A DNA stretch of 64,000 nucleotides, taken from assembly GCA_043228905.1 (NCBI GenBank), contig JBHGNT010000003.1:4898001-4962000 (forward strand). Direction: 5' to 3'. The notes under the pieces were generated by a model. That model did no database searches and was not told where the DNA came from. It saw only the letters and a list, made by a program, of their open reading frames with translations. This document shows positions 38,501 through 51,961 of the stretch, in pieces; the stretch's first letter is position 1; each line of letters opens with the position of its first letter. The translations under genes and the position numbers were made by a program. The DNA is from Azolla caroliniana. Lineage: Eukaryota; Plantae; Polypodiophyta.

Positions 38501-41500
38501 CTTCTTTACTCTGTATCCTCAGAAAATGTCCAACAGATGTCCGAAAGAGAAATATAAAGAGAGAAAGAAAGATACATGTCCAATCTGAAAACAAAAATCC
38601 CATTCTCTATCACGCATCTGACAATTATTTGCCTGAGGGAATGATCTTTTGTGGCCTGAAAACAAAAATCACATTTAAATTTACGGAATACATTGAAGTT
38701 TTATAGTACCAAATGTTGTTACACTATATAGACTCATGATGATAAAGAAAAAGGGAGAAAGTAAGAATGATTTTTTATGCCTTTAAAATATCTTAACAGT
38801 CATTTAAGAGGCCAAAATGGCCTATGAGACCAAATGAGAGCTTACATTGTATCTCACCTATGAGAACAAGAAAACAAAATAAATTATTAAATCAGAGAAA
38901 TATACGATATATTCTTGTTAGCTCAGCATTCATGTTAACTCCTCTTCGAAGAAAGGGGATTGGAATAATATCGATCCCTCTATGGAGTGTAACATGAACT
39001 ATGAAGACCCAAAAAGAATGAAACTCATGTTTCGTTAACTGTAACCTCACAACAATTTGAAAGACTGACGCTGACCAATAAACAAACTCAAATCAACAGA
39101 TAAATGGCAGTGGACCAAAAGACACATCTTTTGTACAAGAAAAGGAATGACACAATGAAACAAATGTTGAAATATTAACTTGCATTAGAAAGAAAGCTAC
39201 ATTAATGCAATTTAAAAATACCAAAATGGCAGAGAGTGAGAGCTTACTGATTGATATAACTATGTTGAATAGCATATGCAAAGACTCAATAGTGTTGATA
39301 TCCTCACTCACAAGTTGTGAATACATGCACAGTTTACTAAGGAAGTTTCGCTGAAACCTAGCAAAATGGTGTTAGAATAAGAAATGTTCTAAATTGGCAC
39401 GATCAAATTTATCCACCTGTAAGAGATTAGATATATTTAGCTAAATAAATCGACTATACATTGTTAATACCGTTTGTTAAGAAAAAATTAGCCGAGGCCA
39501 ACTTACACATGTTAGAAGTGGACATAAATCATTAAAGATCTAGACATATTATACAGAAACTGAGGACAGGCATTCTTGCAGCAAAAATTCTAGGAACATA
39601 GTTGTGCTGCGGAACACATTCACTCTGGGCGGTCACAAAAAATCTAGTGTATTGAGAAACAAATAGCCATAACACTCAGTCTCTTTAACAAACAAAAGAA
39701 ATACATCAAATAATATGTTTACTTTTATAGAACAAAACCTCTAGTTTGTACTGGCAATATAAAAGACTAACGCCAAACAAAGCGGAAAAGGAAGGAAACA
39801 GATAAAATATTGGAAACAAATCCTGCATATATATATATATACATATAAACTTGTTGAATACTTTATTATATTAGTGTTACATGATGTATTTAGAGATGTA
39901 AAAGCCACAAGGCCTACAATGACCAATTAGATGAATGTCCTACTTGGAGTACTCAAATGGACTGCGAAACACTAATCGGAGGAAGTGTATCACGCAAAGG
40001 AACTGATGTCCAGCTTCTACTAACGGAGGTCCCTCTGATGGTTGTAATCCTCGTCCATTAAGATCACCAAATGACTTATGAAGACTGGTAAATCTATAAC
40101 AGGTAGTTCGATTTTGAATAACCAGGGATCACTTCCAGGTGAGGCAATATTTGCCTTCAGAAGAAGCTTAATTCCAATCTGCCACGGATCGAATGATCCC
40201 CAAGAGTCCGATACGCTGCTGCATCCTTGCAGACATTTTTCATTCGAGCCATACGATGACTAAAACACCTACAGTAACTCTCCATGGCCGACAAAAAGGA
40301 ATTTTAGAAAACTAGGATTTCTACTGAAGAAAACGTTCATAGGTTCTTCAGCAGACATGCTAGGTTTCTTGAATTAGTATTTTCAGAACCTGAATTTGAG
40401 ATTTTACTATTTCCGAGTTTTTAAGTTTCATCGTGTAGTTATTAATGTTCGAAGCATTGTGATTTCATCATTTGAATTAGTTAATTGCTGCAAAGTTCTT
40501 TCGTTAATTAAGAGTTAGATTTGTTAATACGGATTTCATTGGATTGCACTAGGTGGCTAGGAATGATTGACACCCATTCGCTCCCATGTGACTGACAGTA
40601 TTCCTGTATCAACTATGTACATAATTCCTTGAAAACCTACTACAAACAGTATTCGCTACTTACCAAAATCTGATAATTAATGCTTCATTACAAAAAGGAA
40701 ACACGTGTATAGCAAAAAAAGCGACCATTATAAAATATTCATTGTTGGCCATTACTGTTGGATTGTTTGACAACCATACTAGTACTTACTTGAACCAAAG
40801 TTTGAATTCACAACTTTTCTAGTTGCACAATATATACTTTTGCCAATTGAACTAACTCGCAACTTTCTTGTTGCGCAAAAGTACATTTACCAGGTGAGAA
40901 TTTCCCAAGTGCTTGACAATTTGTGGTATTGATATTTCATCACCAAAACTTCCAACATTTCCTCCGTGCCAAAATTTTTGCGGTATCAAGAATGAGCCAA
41001 GAATGTTTACACTTATTGTGGTATCAAGCTTTTTATCGCAATATTCTTCTTTCATAGCCTTTTTGTTTTAAAGTCTTTATGTTTTTGTTAGTCTTTTGCT
41101 CCAATATCTCCATTGTTCTTTGTCATGTGTCAATGTTTTGAATTACTGAGCTTGTAGATAATCATTTTCATTCTATTTGTAAAAGTGGTGTATGATTATA
41201 TTCTATTACAACATCTAACATTTCTAACTAGTTAGAATTGCTAGAATTTCTAGCATTACCACATAAGACAATAATGCTACAAAGTTTCATTATTGAGGAA
41301 AAAGAAATTGTGTAATTTTGTTGGAAAAAACTCATTTAACAATAGTGATAGTAATTATTCTATCATAGGGCGATTGAGCATATGTCTTGTTTTGTGATGT
41401 TATCTCTCTTATTGAGGGAGCTTTGTTGTGATTTTCTTTGTCTTTAAGATCAAGGATGGTGTTCATTGTAGCCACTAGGAGAAGGCTTTCTTGATAAAAA

Positions 41501-42089
41501 AAGCACATAAATTTGAGATGACACAACTCCATTAAGTCACTTATTTACATGTGTGTTATTCTTTAGTGCGACATCTTGAAACACTCACAACTATGCCTCT
41601 CTATATTACACACAACTATCTATATTAATATTGGGCCTCATTCTACAAATATGGAATGAAGCCTTTTCCGTTTTACATTTTTAATCCTCTACTTACATAC
41701 ATGAACTTGTTTATCGATGGCCAGCATCTTATCCATGTTTCCTTAGATTCCAATCAAAAGTTAAGGACAGGGACAGGAAACGTGACATTGCACGGTAAAA
41801 GTTGAGAAACATGGCCCAAACTTTGGACTTTATGACCCGAACATGAGGTGAAGGCGATGCATATATAATCAATCAAATCCTTCTTGTCTCATTGATAATG
41901 AAATTATTTTGAGGTTTTGACATTCAATTTAAGAGTTTCAATTGGGTTTTGCAACGAACACGCTAACAAAGAGTGAAGATATGTACGGCTTGGATTCTTC
42001 TTCTGCTTTACATTTCTTTTTTTCTTGGTCACTCATCATCTGCTCTACTCAACCTCTGTTCAACCTCAAATCACCATCACCACCACCAT

Positions 42090-42260
42090 CACCATCTGGA
42101 GGTCTCTCGTGATCTGCTTAAGCTCGCCAAGGTTGAGAACCATCGATGAGATATCATATCTTTCATATGGTCATGAGGAGGTAGAACTAACAAGAACAGA
42201 GATGGCCATCCTCACGGAGGAACTGTCCATCTCCTCGCGTTCGAACGGATCAAAGACCTG

Positions 42261-42328
<68 letters not shown>

Positions 42329-42405
42329 TGCAGATCGTGATGAGGGCTCCAGCAGCCTCCTCATCGATGGATATACAGTCAGAGATGTTACTGGCCTTTT
42401 TTGAA
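42090..42405 (+). pseudogene. Relic of the N-terminal exon of a TORNADO1-like gene
   Basis: ctcgtgatctgcttaagctcgccaaggttgagaac, gatggccatcctcacgg, ctgtccatctcct and (ct)n-tgcagatcgtgatgagggctccagcagcctcctcatc match 28715-29365 and 58680-59070 in order. Confidence 0.65.
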
Positions 42406-44594
42406 AATGGGGCAATGTCTAAAATTTTGACATGTAAAGTGTCAATAAAAGAGGGCTTAGTTTTAGCACTTTTTGAGGAAAAAGAAATCGTGTAGTTTCG
42501 TTGGAAAAAAACTCATTCAAAGAATAGTAACATAAGTTTGATTGAACATATGTCTTGTTTTGTGATGTCATCGCTCTTATTAGGGGCGCTTAGTCGTGAC
42601 ATTCTTTGTTTGTCTTCATGATCAAGGATGGTATAGCCACTAGGAGAAGGCATTTTTCATAAGAAAGCAGATAAAATTGATTGTGTATCGAGACGTCACT
42701 ACTCCTCTCAATCACTTATTTAAATGTACAGGTCAACCAATCACATTTTTTGAAACTCCACTTAGTGAATCATTTGGTCATCATGCCACAACCATGGATG
42801 TCGATAATGTATCCTTTAATTTGGTCTTGCATTGCATATTTCCAAACCCTAATTCATCCTTGGCATAATCAATGTTTCTCAATAAAACAAGAATCTACTA
42901 AATGTTTGTGAGCTATTTATTCAAATAAAGCATAACATACCAAGTAACGTAGATTAGAACATCGATGATCGCTCCAAGTTGTCATAAGATGTCCGGACAT
43001 GATGGATGTCTATGAACCCAATGCTTGCAATAAGCAAAACTATTCTTAAAATTCATTATTAACAAAATGGTGAATATTTGAGCATGAAAACCACCAATTT
43101 GTCATCACTGTTAGATTTTATGTTTCGTGCATTCCTTTAAGGGGAGTCGTTATGCTTGGTAAGTAGTTGTGTGTAGAATTTGTTTGGTAGTTGTCTTGTT
43201 ACAACTCAAAAAATTTCTATTGACGAAAAATTCAACAAAAGGCGTTTCTGTAGTTCCAACGATATATGTCAATTTTCAATATACATGAGGTATTCTTCAG
43301 TGTTGGGTCTAGGACTAATCTCGAGAATTCAAGAATTCAACCAGAGTTTAGAGAATTGTATGAGTACATGTGGGTGATATCACCTATCCATTAAAATGAA
43401 GGTATTAAAAGTACGCGACATCTTGAAACACAACACTCGAAATTACATATCATTATAAATGATAGGTATAGGGTATCCATGACGACAATTATGTGCAATA
43501 GTGCTCCATGTTAATCTTGTAATTTTTTGCCTAAGTACAATGGTAAAATAACTTGCTTATGGCATGTAACTTGCTTCGATTACACATGCGTACTTGCAAT
43601 GATCTCATCAAACATGATAATGTCTAATGATTCAAACCTTAATATGAAGGCCATAGTAGCAAAACATATGACCCAAATTAATATGAAAAGAATATTCAAG
43701 AAGGATGGATATTGGCAATAAACTATTTTATCTCGAACATTTGCATATGGATCTCTCTCTCTCTCTCTCTCTCTCTCCAATCACTTTCTTGATCTCAAGT
43801 CCTAAAGCTCAATTGAGTTTGTCATTAGTCAATTATTCAACACCAAGCTTGCTCTAAATCAATCAAGTGCACCAACTTGAAAGTGGATGACATTATTGTA
43901 CTATTACTTGGACAAATGGTCTGTTTCAAAGTCACATGAAAGATGACTTTCAATCCTTCTTAACTAATACACATCTCTATAATGTGCCTAATTACACAAC
44001 TATGTCCTTGAATATTCGGCTTAATGTTACAAATATAAAGAAACCCTTTTTTGTTTTACATTTCGATCCTCTACTTACATACACCATCATGTTTAAAGAT
44101 GGCCCACAATATGGTCAAGATGTTATCCATATTTCCTTAGAGGCCAATAAAAAGTCATGGAAGGGAAAAAGAAACATGACATTGCGTTGTAAAGACTTCG
44201 GAAAACATGCCCTAGGCCAAGATCTTATCCACATTTCCTTTGGAGACCAATCAAAAGTCATGGAAGGGAAATGGAAACGTGGCATTCCATTGTAAAAGTT
44301 GGAAAATATGCCCAAGACTTTAGACTTCATGGTACGAAATAAATATCCAATGTGAGAGAAGTTAAAGATGCCAAAAGCCACCAAAAATGGCCATGTAAAA
44401 CCAATAAAATCCTTCTTGTCTCATTCATAGTGAAATTGTTTTGTGGTTTGGCATTCAAATTATAGCTTGAATTGCGTTTTTCATCAAGCAAGCTAACAAA
44501 TAGATGAAACTCTAAATCTTGAACGACTCTCCATCCACAAAACTCAAAGATGGACGAGTGGACGAGGAACCTTTTTTTTATTACTAAGTGGGCC

Positions 44595-44630
<36 letters not shown>

Positions 44631-44858
44631 TATTAAAGTCTTTTAAGAGGCCAAAATGGCCTATAAGCCATATTGTATAGTCCAACATTCCTAATCATAC
44701 TAGGTAGTAGGTACTATACTCCATTGCATTGGCAAACATTCTTTTTCATACATTTGCAAAATGTTTTTTTTTTCTTACATTTTCCACCATAACTTTCTTA
44801 ACTTAAAGAAATTTTTTTACTTCATAATAAATAAAGAATATAAAAGTATGATATTTAC

Positions 44859-45180
44859 TAGGGATCGGCAACGGTTCGGTTTTGGCTTAGCCGGTTTGGC
44901 CTGATCCAAGCCAAACCGGCTAAGCCTAAACCGTTTACAGGATCTCAAACCTGAGCCGAGCCGAGCCGAGCCGGTTCACAAACCGGTTTAGGCTAAACCG
45001 GTTTGTGAACCGGCTTGTAAACCGGTTTCCAAACCGGCTTGGAAACCGGTTTAGAAACCTCCGTCTCTCTCTCTCTCTCTCTCTCCCTACCTCCCTCTCT
45101 CTCTCAGATGATCCCTCCCACTCTCTCTCACGTCTGTGGTCTCGACTCTCTCTCCCTCTCCCTCTCTCCCCTCTATGTAG

Positions 45181-45214
<34 letters not shown>

Positions 45215-45803
45215 GTCTATGGTCTCGACTCTCCCTCCCTCTCTCTCTCTCTCCCCTCTGTGTAGTCTCTCTCTCTCTCCCCTCTATGTAGTTCCTCTCT
45301 CTCTCTCTCTCTCTCTCTCCCCTCTGTGTAGTCTCTCTATCTCTCCCCTCTATGTAGTTCCTCTCTCTCTCTCTCTCTCTCCCCTCTGTGTAGTCTCTTT
45401 GTCTCTCCCCTCTATGTAGTTCCTCTCTCTCTCTCTCTCTCTCTCCTTATATGTTGTCTCCCTCCCTCTCTCTCTCTCTCCTCGTTTGTGTAGTCTCTCT
45501 CTCTCCTTATATGTTGTCTCCCTCCCTCTCTCTCTCTCTCCTCGTCTATGTAGTTCTCCCTCCCTTACTCTCTCTCTCTCTTTCCCCTTGTCTGTTGTCT
45601 CTCTCCCCCTCTCTAAAGTTTATAAACGGTTTATCCGGCTTAGCCGGCTTGAGCCGGTTTGGCGAGGCTCAAGCCAAGCCGAGCCGAGCTCAAACCGTTA
45701 AGGCAAGTTCAAGCCTAAACCGAGCCGAGCCGAGCCGCTAAGCCGTTTTCAAGCCGGCTAAGCCAAACGGTTTAGGCTTGAGCCGAGCCGTTGCCGATCC
45801 CTA
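44859..45803. mobile_element. Non-autonomous hAT-type element (MITE, 945 bp)
   Basis: TIR TAGGGATCGGCAACGG...CCGTTGCCGATCCCTA; perfect 8-bp TSD ATATTTAC (44851-44858, 45804-45811); subterminal GAGCC/AAACCGG repeats; CT-rich interior. Confidence 0.93.
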
Positions 45804-46616
45804 ATATTTACCATACTCGAATTGTTTGAAACATTGTGGAATATGCAAGTGCACGTATGGTACCTACTTGTTCATACTATGGTCCTGACTCCTAACTAAT
45901 GGGAATGTAACTCCTTTTTTGGAAAGAGAGAGAAAGAAAGATATATTAATGTCGTTTAAGAGTCCAAAATGGCGTATAAGACCAAACGAGAGAGAGAGAG
46001 AGAGAGAGAGAGAGCATTCAAATTTCCACAGTGGCGTCTAGGGAATTAAGAGATATGCATGAAGTACATAATAGAGAGGTGAGAAAATTAGGTTTCAAAC
46101 CCACCAAGACATAATGCTTGTAATGTAACAACTTACCAATAGAGTAAGCTAATTATGATGATAAAAAAAGAGCATTCAAATATAGGGTGTCTTCTTGGTT
46201 ATGTGTGCTCATGTCTTTGGGCAAAGCATCAAGCAAGGTGACCGACACATCACCCCCATTTACTTGCTTTGTTGTCAACCGCTAGGATCTTGACCTCATT
46301 CCCATGTTGCTTATAGCCTGGATGTAAACGAAGTAGCCATAATCCAAGGTGTGGGCGTTAGGCCCATATCCACCTTGTTCGTCATCGGGATTTGGTCCTA
46401 GAACTATGTTTTGTTGGAAGCGAAGATGAAAGAGACATAGTTTGAGATAGTATTGTTTTAATCATTGTCTTATTTCTGGCCAAACATAATTTGATGATAT
46501 TGATAATGTAAACTTTGGCTAAAACAAACATTTTCATTTATCATTCATAGAATGTGTTTGAGATAGTATTGTTTTAATCATTGTCTTATTTCTTGCCAAA
46601 TTTAATTTGATGATAT

Positions 46617-47776
46617 TGTGAAATGGCACATAAGAGATCAAAACCAGTCTACTTAGCTTCTTACTTCTTAATCAATTTATAGTTGATACAATGGAACCCA
46701 TTTGGGTTGGCTTGGCTAAAAAGGGTGTGCTAAAAGGGTGAGTCATTTTGGGCACACGCATCCTAAAAAGGGTGAGCTAAAAGGGTGGCACAAAGGAACA
46801 CATGCACACCACATTTCCCCCCTAGGGGAAACAAGAGATTGAGGGGCATGAACAATAACAAGACAAGTACATGAACAAGAACAAGAACAATGGCTTGTTG
46901 AAGGAGGGGGAGCATCTGATGACAGGTTTCAAATGGAAATCCATGGATGATTCTAGTGCGAGGTGAGGGTTACGCCCATAGATTGCTCGAAAGGGGTTGA
47001 TTTATGTAGCCATCTCGTGTTTGAGGGTCTTGTTGAGGCGTTCGGTGAAGATGGCGTGGGGATGTAAACATCTACGGACACATAGTTGAGTTGCAACGAC
47101 GTTGAGGACATCCCAGTGGAACTGTTGGCCTTGATAGTTGGACGGGGCTAGTGACGGAAAACGACCTAGCAATCGGTGAATAGAGATCAATCACTCCTGT
47201 GGACTGAGGGCCACCTGGACTTTGCTGAGGTGGGGGACAGGAGGGCTATCGTGTCGGAGGGGGATCGAGGAAAGATCATATGGCGGCGAAGATCAATCGC
47301 TCCTGTGGACTGAGGGCCACCTGGACTTGGCTGAGGTGGGGGACAAGAGGGCTATCGTGTCGGAGGGGGATCAAGGAAAGATCATATGGCAGCGAAGATC
47401 AATCGCTCCTGTGGACAGAGGGCCACTTGGACTTGGCTGAGGTGGGGGACAGGAGGGCTATCCTGTAGGAAGGGGATCGGAGAAACTTGTGGGACAATAA
47501 GTTCGTGGGCAACCTAAGGTGAGGGGGAAGAGATGGATACTTTGGACGTGGGGGAATGGTACCTGTCATCTCCACCAATATGTGAAATGCACATAAGAGA
47601 TCAAAACCAGTCTACTTAGCTTCTTACTTCTTAATCAATTTATAGTTGATACAACGGAACCCATTTGGGTTTGCTTGGCTAAAAAGGGTGTGCTAAAAGG
47701 GTGGGTCAACTTGGGTATGTGCATCCTAAAAAGGGTGAGCTAAAAGGGTGGCACAAAGGAACACATGCACACCACA
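46617..47776 (-). mobile_element. TRIM-like non-autonomous LTR retroelement (1,160 bp)
   Basis: LTRs 46617-46813 and 47581-47776 (TGTG...CACA); 4-bp TSD ATAT (empty site in the adjacent duplicate at ~46491-46510); minus-strand PBS TGGTGGAGATGAC at 47565-47577 and PPT GGGGGGAAA at 46814-46822. Confidence 0.88.
47185..47480. repeat. 106-bp GC-rich tandem repeat (~2.8 copies) inside the TRIM-like element
   Basis: Units start with GATCAATC at 47185, 47291 and 47397. Confidence 0.9.
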
Positions 47777-47872
47777 ATATTGATAATGTAAACTTTGGCT
47801 AAAACAAACATTTTCATTTATCATTCATAACTTTCCTTGACATTCCATTCTTTTCTTTCATTCATTCACTAC

Positions 47873-50800
47873 ATGGAGAAGCCTCACCGATACATCTCTG
47901 GGGGCTGGGACTCCAATGAGATCACAGAAGCGTTCAAGAAATCGAGAGCAACTCTACTCAACCTCACCTCGACCTCAACCTCTCATGACCTAGACTTAAT
48001 TAATCTCGCCAATGTTGAGAACCTCTTCCTCCTCAATGTCGCCAATTTGCTATTGCTGCGGTGGTGGATGCACTTTCTCGGTCCAGCCTTCCTTTCTTTA
48101 AATTCGTAGACCGCATCATGCTCATCAAGGCATTGGACCCTGCGATCGAGGCACATGTGTGGAGGAACCCGCGCAAATTCATGTTGGGATCGGATTTGAA
48201 GCGAGTGCCTGCTACGTCCATCCGATTGTTCATCTACGGAGATCCATTCGCAAGTAAAAACATGAATGACCACACTCTCTCCAATACTGAAAATCAAATG
48301 AAATTCCACACTAACACTTGCACTGCATTTTGTTTGGTGCAAGAAAGACTACCCTTGTATCCACCATGCGCTCTATGTATATGCGAAAGAGGGATTGGGT
48401 GGGAGCCCTGTTGACCAGCCTGTTTACTGGAGAGTGCACAAAAGGAATCGAGGTGCAAGCCATAAACAAAGAAGGAATCCAAGTGTCATTGTGGGACATG
48501 GCAAGCCAACAAGAGTTCCACGCATTCCATGACTTCATGTTCCCAGACATAGGAACCAGCTCTTATCAATTACCATCCATGTTCATGTTCGTTTGGGCCC
48601 CGTGGATAGCGAAAGTAAAGACACAGGAGAAAGGGGAAAAAACGAGGACTTCCAAGCAAGCTTCAAGTACTGGCTCAGATTCCTCACCTCCAAATGCCGT
48701 CAATCCATCAATCCTCTCAAAGTGATCCTTGTATTCACACGAGCAGACCAAATGGAGCTCGTCTCAAGCTTTCTCTCAGATTCGATCAATTCACTTCGAT
48801 CAAAATTCAAAAGGGTGATTGACATTATGAACCCTCCTTTTGATGTGGATGCAAGAAACAAGGATTTTGTGAAACCTGTAGCAGAACGTATTTTCAACAT
48901 TGCCAAAGATGTGCTCCAAGGTATTGAGCTCTACAACATCTGCACCTAGGTATGCAAAAACCTCTTGAATTATTCGAAGAGCACAAACGAACAAATCATT
49001 ACATGGGAGGAATTCACCACAATATGCAATAATGATGCCAATGCTAAATTAAATGCAAGCGCCATGGTAAATTAAATGCAATAATGAGTCTAGTAACATC
49101 ATCTACATAAGTAGATTCAAACACATTATTCTTGATCCCAGTTGGTTTTGCAATAAGATCATTGGAAGCCTCATTGGTTTCCCAATGCATGGAGAATCAA
49201 AGGGTATCGTTGGATTTGAGAATGGATGCATCCCTCACGATTTTCTAGAGCAGAAGTTTGAATCCATTACCAAATCTAAAGCAATGGGCTCGTTACTAGT
49301 AGACTTAATGGAAGCCATGCACCTATGTTGCAAAGTCCCCAAAGGAACTGCAGATCTCATCTTTATCCCAGCCATATTGCCAGATGTGGGTGTCCAACAA
49401 CTCCAATGGTCTTGAATGGATGATAATGATACTTTTGTGTATATGGGTAGAAGGTTAGAGTGTGAGAACAAAGACCTCACCTTTCTTACACCAGGCTTGT
49501 TCCCGAGAATTCAGGCATTATTTAGCAATGCTTTCCAATCTAAGGATATTAATGTTGACATCACACTCGGCAAAGATTTCATAACCATATGTCTTCCAAA
49601 GAGCGAGATCATCATCGTCTTCTGCCAAGTAAAATCAAACCATGTCATAGATGTGCTAATTCAAAATGATCAAAATATTGATACTAAAAAAGAGACTCTA
49701 CATATCTTAACTTTTGTTGAAAAGCGAATCATCAAAAACTTGATACCAATATGTGCGCAACCCACCGGCATCCAAGGGGTTACATTGATCAAGAGTGTCA
49801 TCCGGCCCGATTTCTTACACTATCCATCAAAGGCACAAGATAGAGAAGATAAGTGCATAGAAATAACTTATTTGAAGAAACAACTTAAAAGAAACCTAAA
49901 GTGAGGTGAGAAAGAATCTTATGATTGGAAATGGAATAGGCATATGCCCCATCCCTTATCAAATGACTTAATTGATCTCCTCGGGTCAGAGTATTATGGG
50001 GAGGTTCTCAAAGCATATGAGAAATGGTTTGAGGTGAAGGTGAGGGGTGCATTGTTGGAGATTGATGAAATCGTCGACAAATCAAGGAATTATCGTAGTC
50101 GTGAAAATGTGATTAAGACTAGCTTGGAAAATGACCTCGTGCAAGAAGATCAATTAAGATCAGAAGAGCCAATAGAGGTACAATCTACTAATAATATGGT
50201 AAGGTCAATTTTAAGTTTACATCGAAAGATGGATGCCACTCACGAAGTGGTCCTAAAACTAAATGATAAGATGGATCAAATGACCAATAGGCTCGATGAA
50301 ATACATAGAGAACTTCTGAAATGTATGAAGAAAGATACTATCAACAAGGTAGAGAAATCTGTAGGTATGCTTCTAAAAATGGCTCTAAAGAATGAGGTTG
50401 AGAATCAACTCCTTCGTGTCGCACTCCTTATGACTAAATCTCCAACGTCAACCTTTGAGAAAATTTTGGAATGGGTGCCTCGAATTTTGGGAGGAGAAAT
50501 TCTGAGAATCCAACTATATTGTGAGGATGAAAAATTGCCACACCCAGTGGAAAACCAACTTGGTATCACCCTCACTTCTTTGTCAAAGCCTCATTCAAAG
50601 TATTTAGGCAAAGCTCTTCCATATATCAATGCTTTCTTTAATGTTTTGACTATAGCTGCAAGACTTAGGATTTCCTCTGTGGCACCCCTTGCAAGCTCTT
50701 TCATACCTGATTGGACGCCCCACCTTAAACTAGCAAAAGAATACCCAATGATAGAGAGTACTTTGAAATAAAAAAAAGATACATATAGTCTAAGTACATT

Positions 50801-50993
50801 AAACTCTTCTTCCAAAGAGTGGCAAAAGTGCTTGGCATCCATATTGATGGAAAAGGGAGGTTTGACAGACCAAAACATAGCTACGAAGTTCTGCCTCCAA
50901 CGTGCCATCTACTATGAAGCTGACAGGAGTACTCGAGTTGCATGGTTATGCAAGACACACTACAAAGGACAACAACCTTTCCCGTTAGGTTGA
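47873..50993 (+). pseudogene. TORNADO1-like Roco pseudogene (most of the LRR region deleted; many stops and frameshifts)
   Basis: MEKPH..WDSNEITEAF start; RLFIYGDPFA, LWDMASQQEFHAFHD, MGRRLECENKDLTFLTPGLFPRIQ; stops at 48947, 49413, 49902, 50769. Confidence 0.92.
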
Positions 50994-51715
50994 ATTATAT
51001 TGTGTTGTATGGATTTGAATCAACAATATTCTCTTATTGGTTTGGAAGGCCTACCTTTATTATAAAATTATAACTCGTATTCAACTTATTTGTGGATTTT
51101 TAACAAGTGTATAATGTCTTTTTTGCTAATGAATGTTTCTGTTCTAGGTATGTTGCATTGCGTACATGCCCTTTCTCTTGGTAGGAGTTTTATCTTTATA
51201 ACGTAATAAAACGTGTCAAGGTGAGTTTTAAAGTATTGTAAGCTAAAAAAAATTGTGTAGTAGACTTGAGAAAACTAGTCCTCTCCTTAAATAATTATCT
51301 TAGCAAAATAAATTATTGGATGCAATAATGTGGTTTAATTAATCTCATGAATGAGCTAAACTATGTATAAAGGTACCGAAAATTAGCGAAACATTCTTCT
51401 ACTAGATACCACAATCATATACACAAGATTAGTGAAATCTTACAACCAGGCACTTAATAGTAATCTATTAGAGATCTGAGAGTGAGGGAGAAATAGAGTG
51501 GAATAGAATAGATATTTGATCATCCATATTGATAAGGCTAATTATGACCTGTGGGACCAAATCGACATGTATAATCTTATATGTGTGTCTTTCCTAAGAA
51601 AAGGGGCTAGAACTATTTAATAAAAACTCTCGATGTGAAAATAATGCATGCACGTATGTGCTCTCTTTTTTTGTTGGAAATTTAAGTATGACACTCACAT
51701 TACCATGCGCGTCTA

Positions 51716-51961
51716 ACACGTCATAATATTTCTCATTAATAACCTTATACATTGCATATCTTTATATTTGGATAATGATGCTAGATTATCTTACTTACAC
51801 GTCATAATATTTCTTATTAATAACCTTATACATTGCATATCTTTATATTTGGATAATGATGCTAGATTATCTTACTTACACGTCATAATATTTCTTATTA
51901 ATAACCTTATACATTGCATATCTTTATATTTGAATAATGATGCTAGATTATCTTACTTACA
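51716..51961. repeat. 81-bp tandem repeat, three copies
   Basis: acacgtcataatatttc...ttatcttactt units at 51716, 51797 and 51878. Confidence 0.92.

Noticed and set aside
45005-45741. Ser/Leu-rich ORFs
   Set aside because: Translations of CT microsatellite inside the MITE.
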